From: an uncultured Chitinophagales bacterium
Lineage (GTDB): Bacteria; Bacteroidota; Rhodothermia; Balneolales; M1805
Assembly: GCA_964575925.1 (NCBI GenBank)
Contig: CAZNTR010000002.1
Location: forward strand, 6,624-70,623
Length of the DNA: 64,000 nucleotides
Reading direction: 5' to 3'
Made by a program: the position numbers and the translations under genes. Of the stretch, positions 25,143 to 35,021 are shown one piece after another. How positions within the stretch are numbered: the first letter of the stretch is position 1; each line of letters opens with the position of its first letter. The notes beneath the pieces are model-generated. The model did no database searches and was not told the origin of the DNA. It saw only the letters and a list, made by a program, of their open reading frames with translations.

Positions 25143-28100
25143 TTATTTTTGTTTTAAGGAAAGTTTGAAATGTTGAATTTTATCAATCATTAACTGTGCG
25201 TTTTGCCTGTAAGATGTGGTCAGAAAGTGAGATAAAAGATTAATTGCCTCATCAAATTGATGATTTACAACTAGTAATTTAGTTTCTTCTGAACCCTTTT
25301 TCCAGACTTCATGTTCATTAAAAGTAAAAAAGTCTTTTGGTTTTTCTATGTGCCAATCAATATCCCAAATGTCTAAATTCTTGAAATATGCTACACCAAA
25401 TTGTTCAAACCATTCTTGAATTTGAGCTGTTCTCCAAGTTTCTTTTACGGAAAGTTTTACGGGTTTAAACCAATCTGAATACGCTTCAAACCAAAGATAG
25501 GGGCTGTTTTGAAGAGATAGGCCAGTTTCATTTTTTGAAGGGTAATAGTTAATATTTATTTCAGTTGTACTTTTTTTAGGTTGTCTTATGAGTTCTAACA
25601 TTCTGTACCAAGCTTGTTTTACTAATAAATTATGCCAATTTACAAACTGAAAGTGCATAATTCCGTAGTCATAAGTTTTAAAAAAATAATAAGTTCCATC
25701 TAAGTTTGCTGGAGTTCTTCCGGTGTGAATAAATTCTGATTCGTAATAACATTCACCATCATCACAGAAAATAAATGCTTTCATATTCCATGTCCAAACA
25801 GAGTTGTCGAAGCGAAATTTTGTGCAAGATCTCCATAATTGAATCCAAGTAAAAACGAATTTGTCGCCCGGATTCATACATTTGATAGCATGTTTTAGCG
25901 AGTCATTATCTAAGCAGTTAGCGGTAAACAACTCATCAGCGTCTAAAACAATAAAATGTGTGCCACCATGATTTCTACCAGCTTTTAATAAAAGATTACG
26001 ATCTCCAGGTTCATCTCTAAACCAGTTATCTTTTTCAATTATTTCTAGAATGGAACACTCGTTTGCCAAGCTTTTTATGATGTTCACGGTTTCATCATCA
26101 GAATGGTCGTCTAAAACGATAATACCATCTGTTATTAATGCAAGAGCTCGTAAACAATTTTCAATATGAAATTCTTCGTTTTTAACTGGAACTAAGCCAA
26201 TAATTTTTGAGTCTTTAGCCGATTTATATTTGAAATCTTCGATACGAACATGTTGTTGTTTTGTGTTTAGAATGTTCTTAATGGATGTACAATCGTCAAT
26301 GTCTTTTCCTTCACCTCTATTTGTTTTCATGGCATGCAATGCTTGAAGACTAATGCATTTAACTCCATTCAAATAAAAATGAAATTCTGGATTTTGAATG
26401 ATTTCATCTTTTGGCCAAGCATGATATTTAAGTTGAGATTCGATAACATGGCTATTAATGCCATTAATTGGGATTTCCCAAGGTTTATTGCCTACATGTA
26501 GAAAATCTAAATCGCCACATTCACGAATTCCATAAGCGGAAAGGCTAGAACTTCCATCAATACAAACTTGATTAAGTGGAACTTGAACGGACTTTAGCCA
26601 TTTCGCAAAATGATAAAATAAGGTGTAAAAGACCGGGAAGTTTTGAGCGGTAGATTTTTCAAGAAAATGCCTTGAATTTGCATTTAAAAGTGAGCCACAG
26701 ATTACAGCTGTTTCAGCATGTGAATCATTAATATGAACGGAGTGATTCTCGACCTTATAAGCAGCTCTTATTTTCTCTTTAATAGATTTAAGTAGTTCAA
26801 GTTTATCCGATTGAATAAGATAGACTCGAACATTAGCAGAACCAGAAAAACAATTTGAAGCTTTAAATTCAGCTCCAGCAAAACCATTTTGGTATGAGCC
26901 TAACCATGGTTCATCTGCATAAATTTGACGGATGAGATTTAAGCCAAACTTGCCAGAAGGAGTAATCGATTTGTAATAGATAACAGGGACGTTTGAGCGT
27001 ATAAAGTGATCAATCTCTGAGTCTAAGCCTTCTGCTCGTGGAAAGAGTGTAATAGTGCGAGTTGTTGAATCTAGTTCCGCAAACAAACTAGCTCCAAAGT
27101 CTAGCCATTTCTCTTCAAGGTTTTTATAAGTAAAAAAAGAGTAGTTGAAATTAGTTTGAGAATTCGGCATTACAACGGTTAGTACAGGAATAGAATTCGC
27201 AAAAGCAGCGGCCACTCTATGCGACCCATCTAAAACAACTCCTAAATTTGAAACGGGAATTATAGATTCAGCAGGATTAAACCCTAACGTTTCAAATGAT
27301 CTCAAAATCTCATGAAAAGCTTCCTGAAAAGATTCGAAATTAGATTTTCCACTTTCATCACCTTCAATAAAATTATTAAAAGCTTGCAAATGAGCTTTGT
27401 ATGCTAGAATTGCAGAAGTGGTTAAATCGCCCTTATAAAAATGTTGAGCATAATTAATTTTGAATGGTAAATCGAAGCGTTCAGGTTTTAAAAGTTGGCT
27501 ACTTTTTGTCCGTTTTAATTGTAAGGTTTCGGAAACAGAATGAATTTTTAAAAAATGAGGATTAATTAAATGTTGAATTTCAGAAAGAGAAACCGTTTCG
27601 GTCGGCACGAGAAATAAATCTTGACCATTGTCGTCATATAAACTAAAGGAAACTGACCGAGCAAATTCGATTATTTCTTCTCGAAGGGTTCCGTACTCGA
27701 TGATGATTAATTCTGGTTTAAAACGATTAAAATCAAGTGTTTTGAGAACTTCTAAATCATAACCTTCAGCATCGATTGAGAGGATATCTATATGAGAAAA
27801 TCCTGCTGATTCTACCAATTCGTTAAGTGTAGTAGTTTCAACATTTTCGATGTGCCATTCGGGTTTGTAATTATCCCAACGCTCTTTTTCCACTTCCAAA
27901 ACACTAGCTACATCTGAACCCCATTCTTGAATTTTTGGATATGATGAAACATGAAGTGGAATGGGACCTTTTTCTGGGCTAATGGCTTTATTTACTAAAA
28001 TAGCATTTGGGAAAGCTGAATAAGATTTTTTTAAGCGTTGGAAATTATCGTGAACAGGTTCAACATGAATGGATTTCCACCCAAATTTTGTAACTAATCT

Positions 28101-28955
28101 TCGGACATTACTATAATGCACCCCATCAAAAGCACCGATTTCAATACAGGTTTTTTCTTTTGGGCGAAAGGTGACGAGATATTTTTCAATTTCATCATCT
28201 TGATCTAACTGAGCAAACCAACCTTGTGCATGTTTTTGTAGTTCACGTGCGTACCAAAATTGAGGTTTAGTTTGTTGAATTAAGGCACATTTTTCCATTG
28301 TTAATGCGCTATTACCCGTTTCGTAAGCGGCTTTAGCAGTGAACCAATTCCAAACCCAGTTAGCAGAGTCATCATTAGAAAAATAAGTCAAAAGAGGTAG
28401 CGCCTCTGAAAATTGCTCAGATAAAAATAAAAGTAATGCTTTAATTGATAATTGCGAAGTTGATGAAAGAAAATCTTTAGTTTCATCAGACTCCATTAGT
28501 GCAGCATGTAACCATGGGTAAGAAGAAGCTTTATAAGCAGATTCCAACAAAATGTTTGTGTTCGAAGGTATCGAAAAAATAGCGTTTACTAGACCTGGGT
28601 AAACTTTAGTAGCTGCAATGAATGTTGCAAATAAATACCCTTTATCAAAGTGCAAATCAGCTATTGAAATAGTTAGTTTAGAGTCTGATTTTAAAAGATT
28701 TAATAGTGTAACACAAAGGTTGTATATCCAAGCAGTCTCAGCTAGCGGAATTTGATTTTTTAGTTCTGTTTCGGCACGTTGAAATTGTTTAGTTTGTAGG
28801 AAGAAAAGAATAAAAGCATACGATTTAAAGACAGAATCTGAAAGAGAATGTAAATGGCTAATATCCGTTTTTTCTAATTGAGAAATGATGTTCCATAATT
28901 CATAGAGTTTTTTTTCAGAACAAACTAATTCCCAATCGGTAAGTGAATTTTTCAT
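25143..28955 (-). CDS. 1270-aa multidomain protein: helical/TPR-like N-terminus, FkbM-type methyltransferase, about 400 aa of unassigned sequence, C-terminal GT2 glycosyltransferase
   Basis: aa ~260-425: CIEIGAFDGVHYSN...IDILSIDAEGYDLEVL...LIIIEYG (FkbM family pattern). aa ~570-585: VLDGSHRVAAA. aa ~800-820: CIDGSSS...GDLDFLH. aa ~915-1010: IGLVPVKNEEFHIENCLRAL...IIVLDDHSDDET...FIVLDADE (GT2). Confidence 0.8.
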   Translation of the reverse strand: MKNSLTDWELVCSEKKLYELWNIISQLEKTDISHLHSLSDSVFKSYAFILFFLQTKQFQRAETELKNQIPLAETAWIYNLCVTLLNLLKSDSKLTISIADLHFDKGYLFATFIAATKVYPGLVNAIFSIPSNTNILLESAYKASSYPWLHAALMESDETKDFLSSTSQLSIKALLLFLSEQFSEALPLLTYFSNDDSANWVWNWFTAKAAYETGNSALTMEKCALIQQTKPQFWYARELQKHAQGWFAQLDQDDEIEKYLVTFRPKEKTCIEIGAFDGVHYSNVRRLVTKFGWKSIHVEPVHDNFQRLKKSYSAFPNAILVNKAISPEKGPIPLHVSSYPKIQEWGSDVASVLEVEKERWDNYKPEWHIENVETTTLNELVESAGFSHIDILSIDAEGYDLEVLKTLDFNRFKPELIIIEYGTLREEIIEFARSVSFSLYDDNGQDLFLVPTETVSLSEIQHLINPHFLKIHSVSETLQLKRTKSSQLLKPERFDLPFKINYAQHFYKGDLTTSAILAYKAHLQAFNNFIEGDESGKSNFESFQEAFHEILRSFETLGFNPAESIIPVSNLGVVLDGSHRVAAAFANSIPVLTVVMPNSQTNFNYSFFTYKNLEEKWLDFGASLFAELDSTTRTITLFPRAEGLDSEIDHFIRSNVPVIYYKSITPSGKFGLNLIRQIYADEPWLGSYQNGFAGAEFKASNCFSGSANVRVYLIQSDKLELLKSIKEKIRAAYKVENHSVHINDSHAETAVICGSLLNANSRHFLEKSTAQNFPVFYTLFYHFAKWLKSVQVPLNQVCIDGSSSLSAYGIRECGDLDFLHVGNKPWEIPINGINSHVIESQLKYHAWPKDEIIQNPEFHFYLNGVKCISLQALHAMKTNRGEGKDIDDCTSIKNILNTKQQHVRIEDFKYKSAKDSKIIGLVPVKNEEFHIENCLRALALITDGIIVLDDHSDDETVNIIKSLANECSILEIIEKDNWFRDEPGDRNLLLKAGRNHGGTHFIVLDADELFTANCLDNDSLKHAIKCMNPGDKFVFTWIQLWRSCTKFRFDNSVWTWNMKAFIFCDDGECYYESEFIHTGRTPANLDGTYYFFKTYDYGIMHFQFVNWHNLLVKQAWYRMLELIRQPKKSTTEININYYPSKNETGLSLQNSPYLWFEAYSDWFKPVKLSVKETWRTAQIQEWFEQFGVAYFKNLDIWDIDWHIEKPKDFFTFNEHEVWKKGSEETKLLVVNHQFDEAINLLSHFLTTSYRQNAQLMIDKIQHFKLSLKQK

Positions 28956-29357
28956 AACACAAAGGTAAACTAAATGATTTAAATCGATTTAAAACAACAA
29001 ACTCTGACAAAATATGTGCCATAAAAGGTTTCCTAAAACTTAACTATTAGTAAAAGCATTTGGAATAAAAACTATTTAGCTTGGAGTAAAAGCTAAAAAG
29101 ATGTTTTCTACAAAATAATAGCCAATTGAATATGATTTGAAAAGAAGTAAGCTGTTAAACGATAGTTGGTAGTTTGATTAAGTATGGTATTCAATTAAAG
29201 GAAAAGTTTTAATACGATTTTGAACTAAATTAAATCCCAATAATTCAATTTGATTAAAGGTAGATAGTGAGAATTAGAAATTAAAATGCTGTTAATACCA
29301 ATCAAATATTGAATTGAAAGAAATAAACCTGTATTTTTAACTTCCCAAAAAGGAATT

Positions 29358-29441
29358 GCCCTGGTGGTGAAATTGGTAGACACGCCATCTTGAGGGGGTG
29401 GAGCTGGAAACGGTGTGCTGGTTCAAGTCCAGTCCAGGGCA
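29358..29441 (+). tRNA. tRNA-Leu (anticodon GAG), long variable arm, CCA not encoded
   Basis: Acceptor GCCCTGG pairs with CCAGGGC, followed by discriminator A. Anticodon stem CCATC/GGTGG with loop TTGAGGG. T-arm GGTTCAAGTCC. 84 nt. Confidence 0.9.
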
Positions 29442-29452
29442 CAGGAAAAATT

Positions 29453-29490
29453 AAAAGCCTTGTAGGTCAATAACTTGCGAGGCTTTTTTG
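29453..29490 (+). terminator. Rho-independent terminator after tRNA-Leu
   Basis: AAAAGCCTTG...CGAGGCTTTTTTG: hairpin followed by a T-run. Confidence 0.6.
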
Positions 29491-29556
29491 TTAGAATTAA
29501 TTTGATTTAAAATGTGAAAAGAGAGTTATTTTATTAAAAATTGGTCAGCTCAATAA

Positions 29557-29964
29557 TATCGATTTTTTCGATTTACCCCCCCCCCCATCAAATACATCGA
29601 ATTCTCAGAGTATTTTGCTGAAAGTACTTTTTGAAATATGCTCAAAAATGAACTATTAAAACAGGAAAATGAAAAAAGGGTTAATCCAAAATATTTCTCA
29701 TTAATAAGAAAAATGGTGAACTTTTGAAAAAGGAGTCCACTCCGAAACGTCGATTCTGTTGGTTTACAAGCTACCAAATTCTCCGAATTCGACGAATATA
29801 CTGCTAAAAACTACTTTTCGGAGTACGCTCAAAAATTGAAAATAAGTGGCTTATCAATACTATTAATAAGGTTTAGCAAAACTAAATTAGCTAATGAAAG
29901 TCAAAAAAAGGAATACATTTATAGACTATTCGAAAGTCATTATTCAGAGCAATGTAAAAGTTAG
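29557..29964 (+). pseudogene. Decayed ORF with an internal 62-codon tandem duplication and two in-frame TGA stops
   Basis: One frame reads ..IDFFDLPPPPIKYIEFSEYFAESTF*NMLKNELL...VNF*KRSP...KFSEFDEYTAKNYFSEYAQKL...*. The EFSEYFAESTF and EFDEYTAKNYF units lie 186 nt apart in the same frame. Confidence 0.3.
29576..29586. repeat. Homopolymeric C11 tract
   Basis: atttaCCCCCCCCCCCatcaaa. Unusual in this AT-rich sequence. Confidence 0.9.
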
Positions 29965-30003
29965 ATTAATTGAGCAAGCCAAACAATAAGTAAAAATAGA
30001 AGG

Positions 30004-31077
30004 ATGAATCCATTCATTAAGATTCCTCTAGTAGTATTAATTCTAATTGTTGGGTGCAAAGAGGGTAAATCAACAGAAATTGATTATCGAAGCCCCAAAT
30101 TTAATCCAAGTGATACTGCTGTTTTATTCATGTTGGATTGGTCTAGAAATGAAGAAATGGCAACATACATAAAAAGATATCCGAATAAAATTCCAGCTGG
30201 ATTCGCTTATTACACAAATTTGAATTTTGGAATTCCAAATGCAGATTTTAACAAAGCAAAAGCATTTGCTTCTTCTTATGGTAAATCTAGTATCCAATTT
30301 GCAATTTGGACAGGTGGAAATTATTCAAGTCAAAGACTGGGCTATTATTTAGACCAAATTGTATGAGGGGAAAAAGATCAAGGAATATTGCAATTAGCTA
30401 GTACAGTTAAAGCGTACAAGGGGTCAGTTTATATTCGATTTGGTTATGAATTTGATGGATATTACCAAGCTTACCAACCAGAAAAATACATAGATACCTA
30501 TACTAAGTTTGTTGATAAAATGCGATTCTATGATATAACTAATGTCGCTTATGTTTGGCATTCTTGTGGCGTGCCTCCTTATTATGGGTCGAAAGATTTC
30601 CCAGAAGAGTATTCAACTTTAAAAAACGGAAAAGTCGCAACGTTCGCTATGTGGTACCCAAGAGACCAATATTGATTGGGTTGCGATGTCAATATTCGGG
30701 AAAGGTTGGGATAAGGTGAAAAATCATGAGCCAGTTCGCCAATTGATAAGTAGAGCTTAACAACATGGAAAGCCCTTTTGAATGTAGCATCTTCAGCTCT
30801 AAAACATCAAATAAGGTAAATGATTTATGGGTGATTCCAAATGAAACCTAGCTTACAAAAGTATTCGAATTAATGAAAGAAAATCCTGAAATTAAAGCGG
30901 TTACCTATACACGTAGATTGGATGGCCTCAAATCCTAAATCAATTTGAGGGAATACACGATTTCTGGATGCTGCATCAGTAGTAAAAGTATGTTGATTCG
31001 AACAAATTCCTGAATTTGAGCATGTTAGCAACAGTTTGTATAACCTTATTGGATTTGAAAAGTTGAACTCAAGTTAG
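30004..31077 (+). pseudogene. GH26-like (mannanase-family) lipoprotein gene, broken by stops and frameshifts
   Basis: Lipobox LILIVGCKEG. Fragments VYIRFGYEFDGYY and WYPRDQY then, in a shifted frame, IDWVAMSIFGKGWDK, which together resemble the GH26 YPGD.YVDW.G.D.Y block. At least one frame change and several stop codons lie between 30364 and 31077. Confidence 0.5.
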
Positions 31078-31115
31078 GCATAACAAATAAATTCGGTGTT
31101 CAAGAAAAAATGAAA

Positions 31116-33521
31116 TTAGTTGTCCCCATCTCGTTTATCGTAATCCTTATAGGATTCATAACTGTATTGATAGTAATAATCTGAATAATAATAACCACTT
31201 GTTTTCTTAGCATCAAATGCAGTTAGTGCTAAACCAATAATGGGGGCTTTTATTTTCCTAAGATTTTCAAGAGTAAAATCAAATTCGATTGATTTTGTTT
31301 GATTGAATTTTGCAACTATAATAACACCATCTGCTAAATTGATGAGTGGAGCTGCATCAGTAATAATTCCATAAGGAGGAGTATCTAAAATAATAAAATC
31401 AAAATCATCTCTTAATTTGTTAATTAGATTTTTGAATTTTTCGGAACGAATGATTTCGGATGGATTGGGAGGAATCATTCCAATGGTAAATACATAAAGG
31501 TTTTCGACAAGTGATGTCTTAATCATTGTCAGTGGATCTTCTTCACTAAAAAGACAATCAATAACCCCAGGATTTGATTCAAAGCCAAAAATTTTATGCA
31601 CACGAGGTCTTCTAAAATCACAATCAATTAAAAGAACTTTTTTGCCTGTTTCAGCAAAACTAATAGCAAGGTTAGATGAAAGTGTCGTTTTACCCTCAGA
31701 TTTATTTGAGCTTGTTGTAAGAATAACTTTATAAGGATTGTCTGGGCGAGAATAAAGAATATTACTTTGTAGTCTGCGATAGGCTTCAGCACTTGGTGAA
31801 ATAGAATCGAGTAGTGTAACTAAACCCGTAGAAATATCACTTCCTTCAATATTAACAAACTCATCACCTTTAAATTGCTCTTTTATGTAATGTAGTAAAT
31901 CAGGTATTACACCAATAACGGGGTATCCTTTTTTCTTCAATTTTTCAACACTATCAATTTCAGGAGTGGTGAATTCTTTAATTCCGATAAAACCAAAACT
32001 TAAAAGTAAACCTATCATGAAACCAACTAAGGTAAATAGTTTGGGTCTAGGTTCAACGGCTTGGGTTGGAATAAAAGCCAAATCAACAATTCTTGCTAAA
32101 CCTGACTGAGTATGTTCCCATAGATTCAGTTCAGATGATTGTTTAGCAAGAGATAAATACAATTGTTCGTTAATTGATAAATCCCTTTTTTTACGAGCTA
32201 ATTCAATCATGTGATCTGGAAGTTGCTTATAGAAAGACTCATAGCTTTGAATTTGCGTTTCAAGAACATTAATCTGAGTTTGAAACGAAATTTGTTCAAT
32301 CTGTAAGCGAATAAGTTGTTCTCTGTAATTTTGCAAGCGTGAAGTTAATCCACCATCTGAAGAAGTGGCAAAGCCAATGAGTTGAAAATTTTCGTCTTCA
32401 AGCAGTTTTTGTGTTGTTTGTAAAATTTCATTGTAAACATAATCAATTTGGTTATTTAGTTTTTCAAGCCTAGGTTCACTAACAGAGTCTGATCGAATTT
32501 CAGGATTTTTAGCTAAAAGAAGTACACGTTCTGTTTTAAATTCAGCTAATTGTACTTGTAATCGTTGAATAAAAGGAGCAATAGATTGGCTCAGTTGAAC
32601 AGCATAGCCAGGTTTAATAGCATCAATTTCAGCTGAATAGCGTTTTATGGCTTCATTCGTTGCTGCTAATTTAACTTCGAATTGTTTTTGTTCACCAACT
32701 AAACGAGATAAAGTTCTGATTAATTCGTCGGTTTGCGTATCGAGCTTAACCACTTCTGAATTATGCATATATTCCCGAAGTGATTCTTCAAAGAAAGTTA
32801 CTTTATCTTTAACTATTGATAATTCTTTGTTTAAAAAATTTAAAGCAGCTTTTATTTGAATTTTGTTTGATTCAGTAGAAGCCTCGCTATAAGTGTCAAT
32901 AATCAAATTCACCATTCGTTGAGCTTCTAAAAGTGAAGGCGATTTAAAACTGATGGTTAAAATTCCAGAAAAAGTATTTCCTTTTTGACTAACTAGTTTT
33001 TGAGTCATCACTCTAGAATAAACAGTGTCTAAAGTAGTAGCTGTAGAATCGTTAGGGAAACTTCGCCAAAGTAAGGGATAAAGACGACCGTATTGATCGA
33101 ATCGTTCTTCGAAAATCTTAGTACTCAAGTTGTAACCGAGCGTTCTAGAATTAAGAATTTCAAGTTCATTCGTTATTGAACTACCAAGCCCAATTCCGTA
33201 ACTACTCATTAAAAGACTAGAAATGTCGCTACCTGCCATCGAAAACTTGTTAGCAGGTGTTGAAATAATTATAGTTCCTTGACTTTCATAAATAGGAGTA
33301 AAAAAAGCGGAAAGGGAAAATCCAAGTATGGAAGTGATAAGAACCGAAGTAATGATAATCCATCGATAGTGATAGGCTAATCGGATTAATTTAGTGACAC
33401 TTATTTCGTCACTCTCTGCCTCTAAATCCTGATTTGGAAGAGTTTCATCATGTATACTTTCGCTTTTACTTAAGCTATAATCAATTGAATCTTGAAATAC
33501 CTTATCTCTGATATTATGCAT
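31116..33521 (-). CDS. Polysaccharide co-polymerase / BY-type tyrosine autokinase (Wzc/GumC-like)
   Basis: 801 aa. Two TM segments flank a long coiled periplasmic region. Walker A SSNKSEGKTT, DCDFRRP, ILDTPP. Tyr-rich tail SGYYYSDYYYQYSYESYKDY. Confidence 0.88.
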   Translation of the reverse strand: MHNIRDKVFQDSIDYSLSKSESIHDETLPNQDLEAESDEISVTKLIRLAYHYRWIIITSVLITSILGFSLSAFFTPIYESQGTIIISTPANKFSMAGSDISSLLMSSYGIGLGSSITNELEILNSRTLGYNLSTKIFEERFDQYGRLYPLLWRSFPNDSTATTLDTVYSRVMTQKLVSQKGNTFSGILTISFKSPSLLEAQRMVNLIIDTYSEASTESNKIQIKAALNFLNKELSIVKDKVTFFEESLREYMHNSEVVKLDTQTDELIRTLSRLVGEQKQFEVKLAATNEAIKRYSAEIDAIKPGYAVQLSQSIAPFIQRLQVQLAEFKTERVLLLAKNPEIRSDSVSEPRLEKLNNQIDYVYNEILQTTQKLLEDENFQLIGFATSSDGGLTSRLQNYREQLIRLQIEQISFQTQINVLETQIQSYESFYKQLPDHMIELARKKRDLSINEQLYLSLAKQSSELNLWEHTQSGLARIVDLAFIPTQAVEPRPKLFTLVGFMIGLLLSFGFIGIKEFTTPEIDSVEKLKKKGYPVIGVIPDLLHYIKEQFKGDEFVNIEGSDISTGLVTLLDSISPSAEAYRRLQSNILYSRPDNPYKVILTTSSNKSEGKTTLSSNLAISFAETGKKVLLIDCDFRRPRVHKIFGFESNPGVIDCLFSEEDPLTMIKTSLVENLYVFTIGMIPPNPSEIIRSEKFKNLINKLRDDFDFIILDTPPYGIITDAAPLINLADGVIIVAKFNQTKSIEFDFTLENLRKIKAPIIGLALTAFDAKKTSGYYYSDYYYQYSYESYKDYDKRDGDN

Positions 33522-33706
33522 TAATAATAAATAAGTGAACTAAATTAAGGTAATAACACTAAACCAATATCATTTTCCCTAATTGAGATAAACTATATGA
33601 CAAAATGATTCTTAGGTTAAGCAAAAATAAGTTAATAGATTGTGTTAACAAACTAAAACCCAATAAGTTTCCTTATAATTACTGAAAGCGTTTCGGAAGA
33701 TACAAA

Positions 33707-34450
33707 TTAATGAGCATGAGAATGTGAAGGCATATTCGATTTTTTCATCATCTCCATTTTCTCCATTTTCGCAAAATCGGGACTAATAAATGGAATTCCT
33801 AAAGATAGACCACGTAAAATGAAAAGAAGAGCAAGAATAGTTGCTACATAGGGAATAGCTTTATTAAGTGTATTTCTGAATTTGAAGCCTAATGTTTGTC
33901 TACTGATACCAATTAAAAACAAAAGAGGCATTGTGCCAAGGCCAAAAACAAACATAAATAACCCACTTTGAAGTACTCCTCCAGCTGAGACAGAAGCTGC
34001 TAAAGCCACATAAACTAGTCCACATGGCAATAAGCCATTTATTCCACCGAGCACAAATTGAGCAAAAAGTCCTCTTTTTTTCATCCAAATACCCATTGTT
34101 TTGACAATTTTTGCTTGGAATGCGGATTGTGATTTAGATTTAAAAAGTATTGGTAACCAAATCAGTAGTAAAATGAGGACACCAGAACCGATACTAATCC
34201 ATTGTTGCCATTCTTTTGGGAAAACGCTAGCACCCATAAATCCTAAGGCTAAACCCATAAAAGCATAGGTTAACGCTTTTCCAATAAAGTAAACAAAGTT
34301 CGAAATAAATCGATTTAACCAATTATCCTGATCGAAAGGTAAAGCCAACATTATAGGTCCACACATTCCAACACAGTGAATACTACCTGCCAATCCAATA
34401 ATTAAGGCAGAAACAATAATTTCAGGAAAAGACATCATAACAGAAAGCAT
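33707..34450 (-). CDS. TauE/SafE- or DsbD_2-like polytopic membrane protein of the cbb3 maturation cluster
   Basis: 247 aa with multiple TM helices and an SIHCVGMCGP motif. Last gene of the cco cluster. C-terminal His-rich end PSHSHAH. Confidence 0.6.
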   Translation of the reverse strand: MLSVMMSFPEIIVSALIIGLAGSIHCVGMCGPIMLALPFDQDNWLNRFISNFVYFIGKALTYAFMGLALGFMGASVFPKEWQQWISIGSGVLILLLIWLPILFKSKSQSAFQAKIVKTMGIWMKKRGLFAQFVLGGINGLLPCGLVYVALAASVSAGGVLQSGLFMFVFGLGTMPLLFLIGISRQTLGFKFRNTLNKAIPYVATILALLFILRGLSLGIPFISPDFAKMEKMEMMKKSNMPSHSHAH

Positions 34451-34486
34451 TAAAATAGGTTCGAAATTATCTTTATTAAATTGGAA

Positions 34487-34936
34487 TTATAAGGTGAGTT
34501 TAAACCGTGTTAAAACATGAACGGTATCCGATTTCCATTCAGCTTCAATAGCCCATGCACCTTTTTTTAAATCTTTAATACTTAAGCCTACAGATTTACC
34601 ACTATCAACAGAAAAAGGAAACGTTAAATCAGATTTGGCATTATCAGGTTTAATAAACGAGATGGTTCCTTCTGCTTTTTTATGTGAAGGAAAATTAAAA
34701 AACATCGAATCTTTTTTAGAAGAAAAGACATGAGAAAGTTGATATTTTTTTTTTTCACCAGTAGATAATCGATTTTGAACGACGTCGTATTTTAGTGTTC
34801 TTTCGTAATAATCAGGGTAAAGAACATCAACTTTTTGACTTACCATGATATACACAAGTGTTAATGTGAAAATCATGAAGATTAAAATTGCTCCAATAAT
34901 GCTGTAAGACCAAGGTCTCCCTTTATAAGATGACAT
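34487..34936 (-). CDS. ccoH: FixH/CcoH-like protein
   Basis: 149 aa with a single N-terminal TM helix after RPWSYSIIGA. Positioned after ccoG. Confidence 0.65.
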   Translation of the reverse strand: MSSYKGRPWSYSIIGAILIFMIFTLTLVYIMVSQKVDVLYPDYYERTLKYDVVQNRLSTGEKKKYQLSHVFSSKKDSMFFNFPSHKKAEGTISFIKPDNAKSDLTFPFSVDSGKSVGLSIKDLKKGAWAIEAEWKSDTVHVLTRFKLTL

Positions 34937-35021
34937 AGTTTTTATTTACTAGATTAAAATTGATACCATTAAAAAAGGAAATACCGAATAACAGTATTTC
35001 CTTAAAAAGTGAATGATATAT

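Noticed and set aside
29632-29727. Two in-frame TGA codons in the repeat-containing ORF as evidence for TGA recoding (alternative genetic code or selenocysteine)
   Set aside because: TGA clearly terminates well-supported genes in this window, for example flgA, flgK and csrA. No SECIS-like hairpin is evident after either TGA. Pseudogenisation is the simpler explanation.
29550-29777. 75-aa minus-strand ORF spanning the poly-C tract
   Set aside because: Its GGGG segment is just the complement of the C11 tract, and the rest is low-complexity. The plus-strand frame shows the more protein-like, though broken, repeat structure.
29358-31115. Integrated mobile element or prophage remnant at tRNA-Leu
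   Set aside because: No integrase or phage-like gene is present, and I could not find a direct repeat of the tRNA 3' end downstream. Only gene debris is visible, so it is reported as decay rather than as an element.
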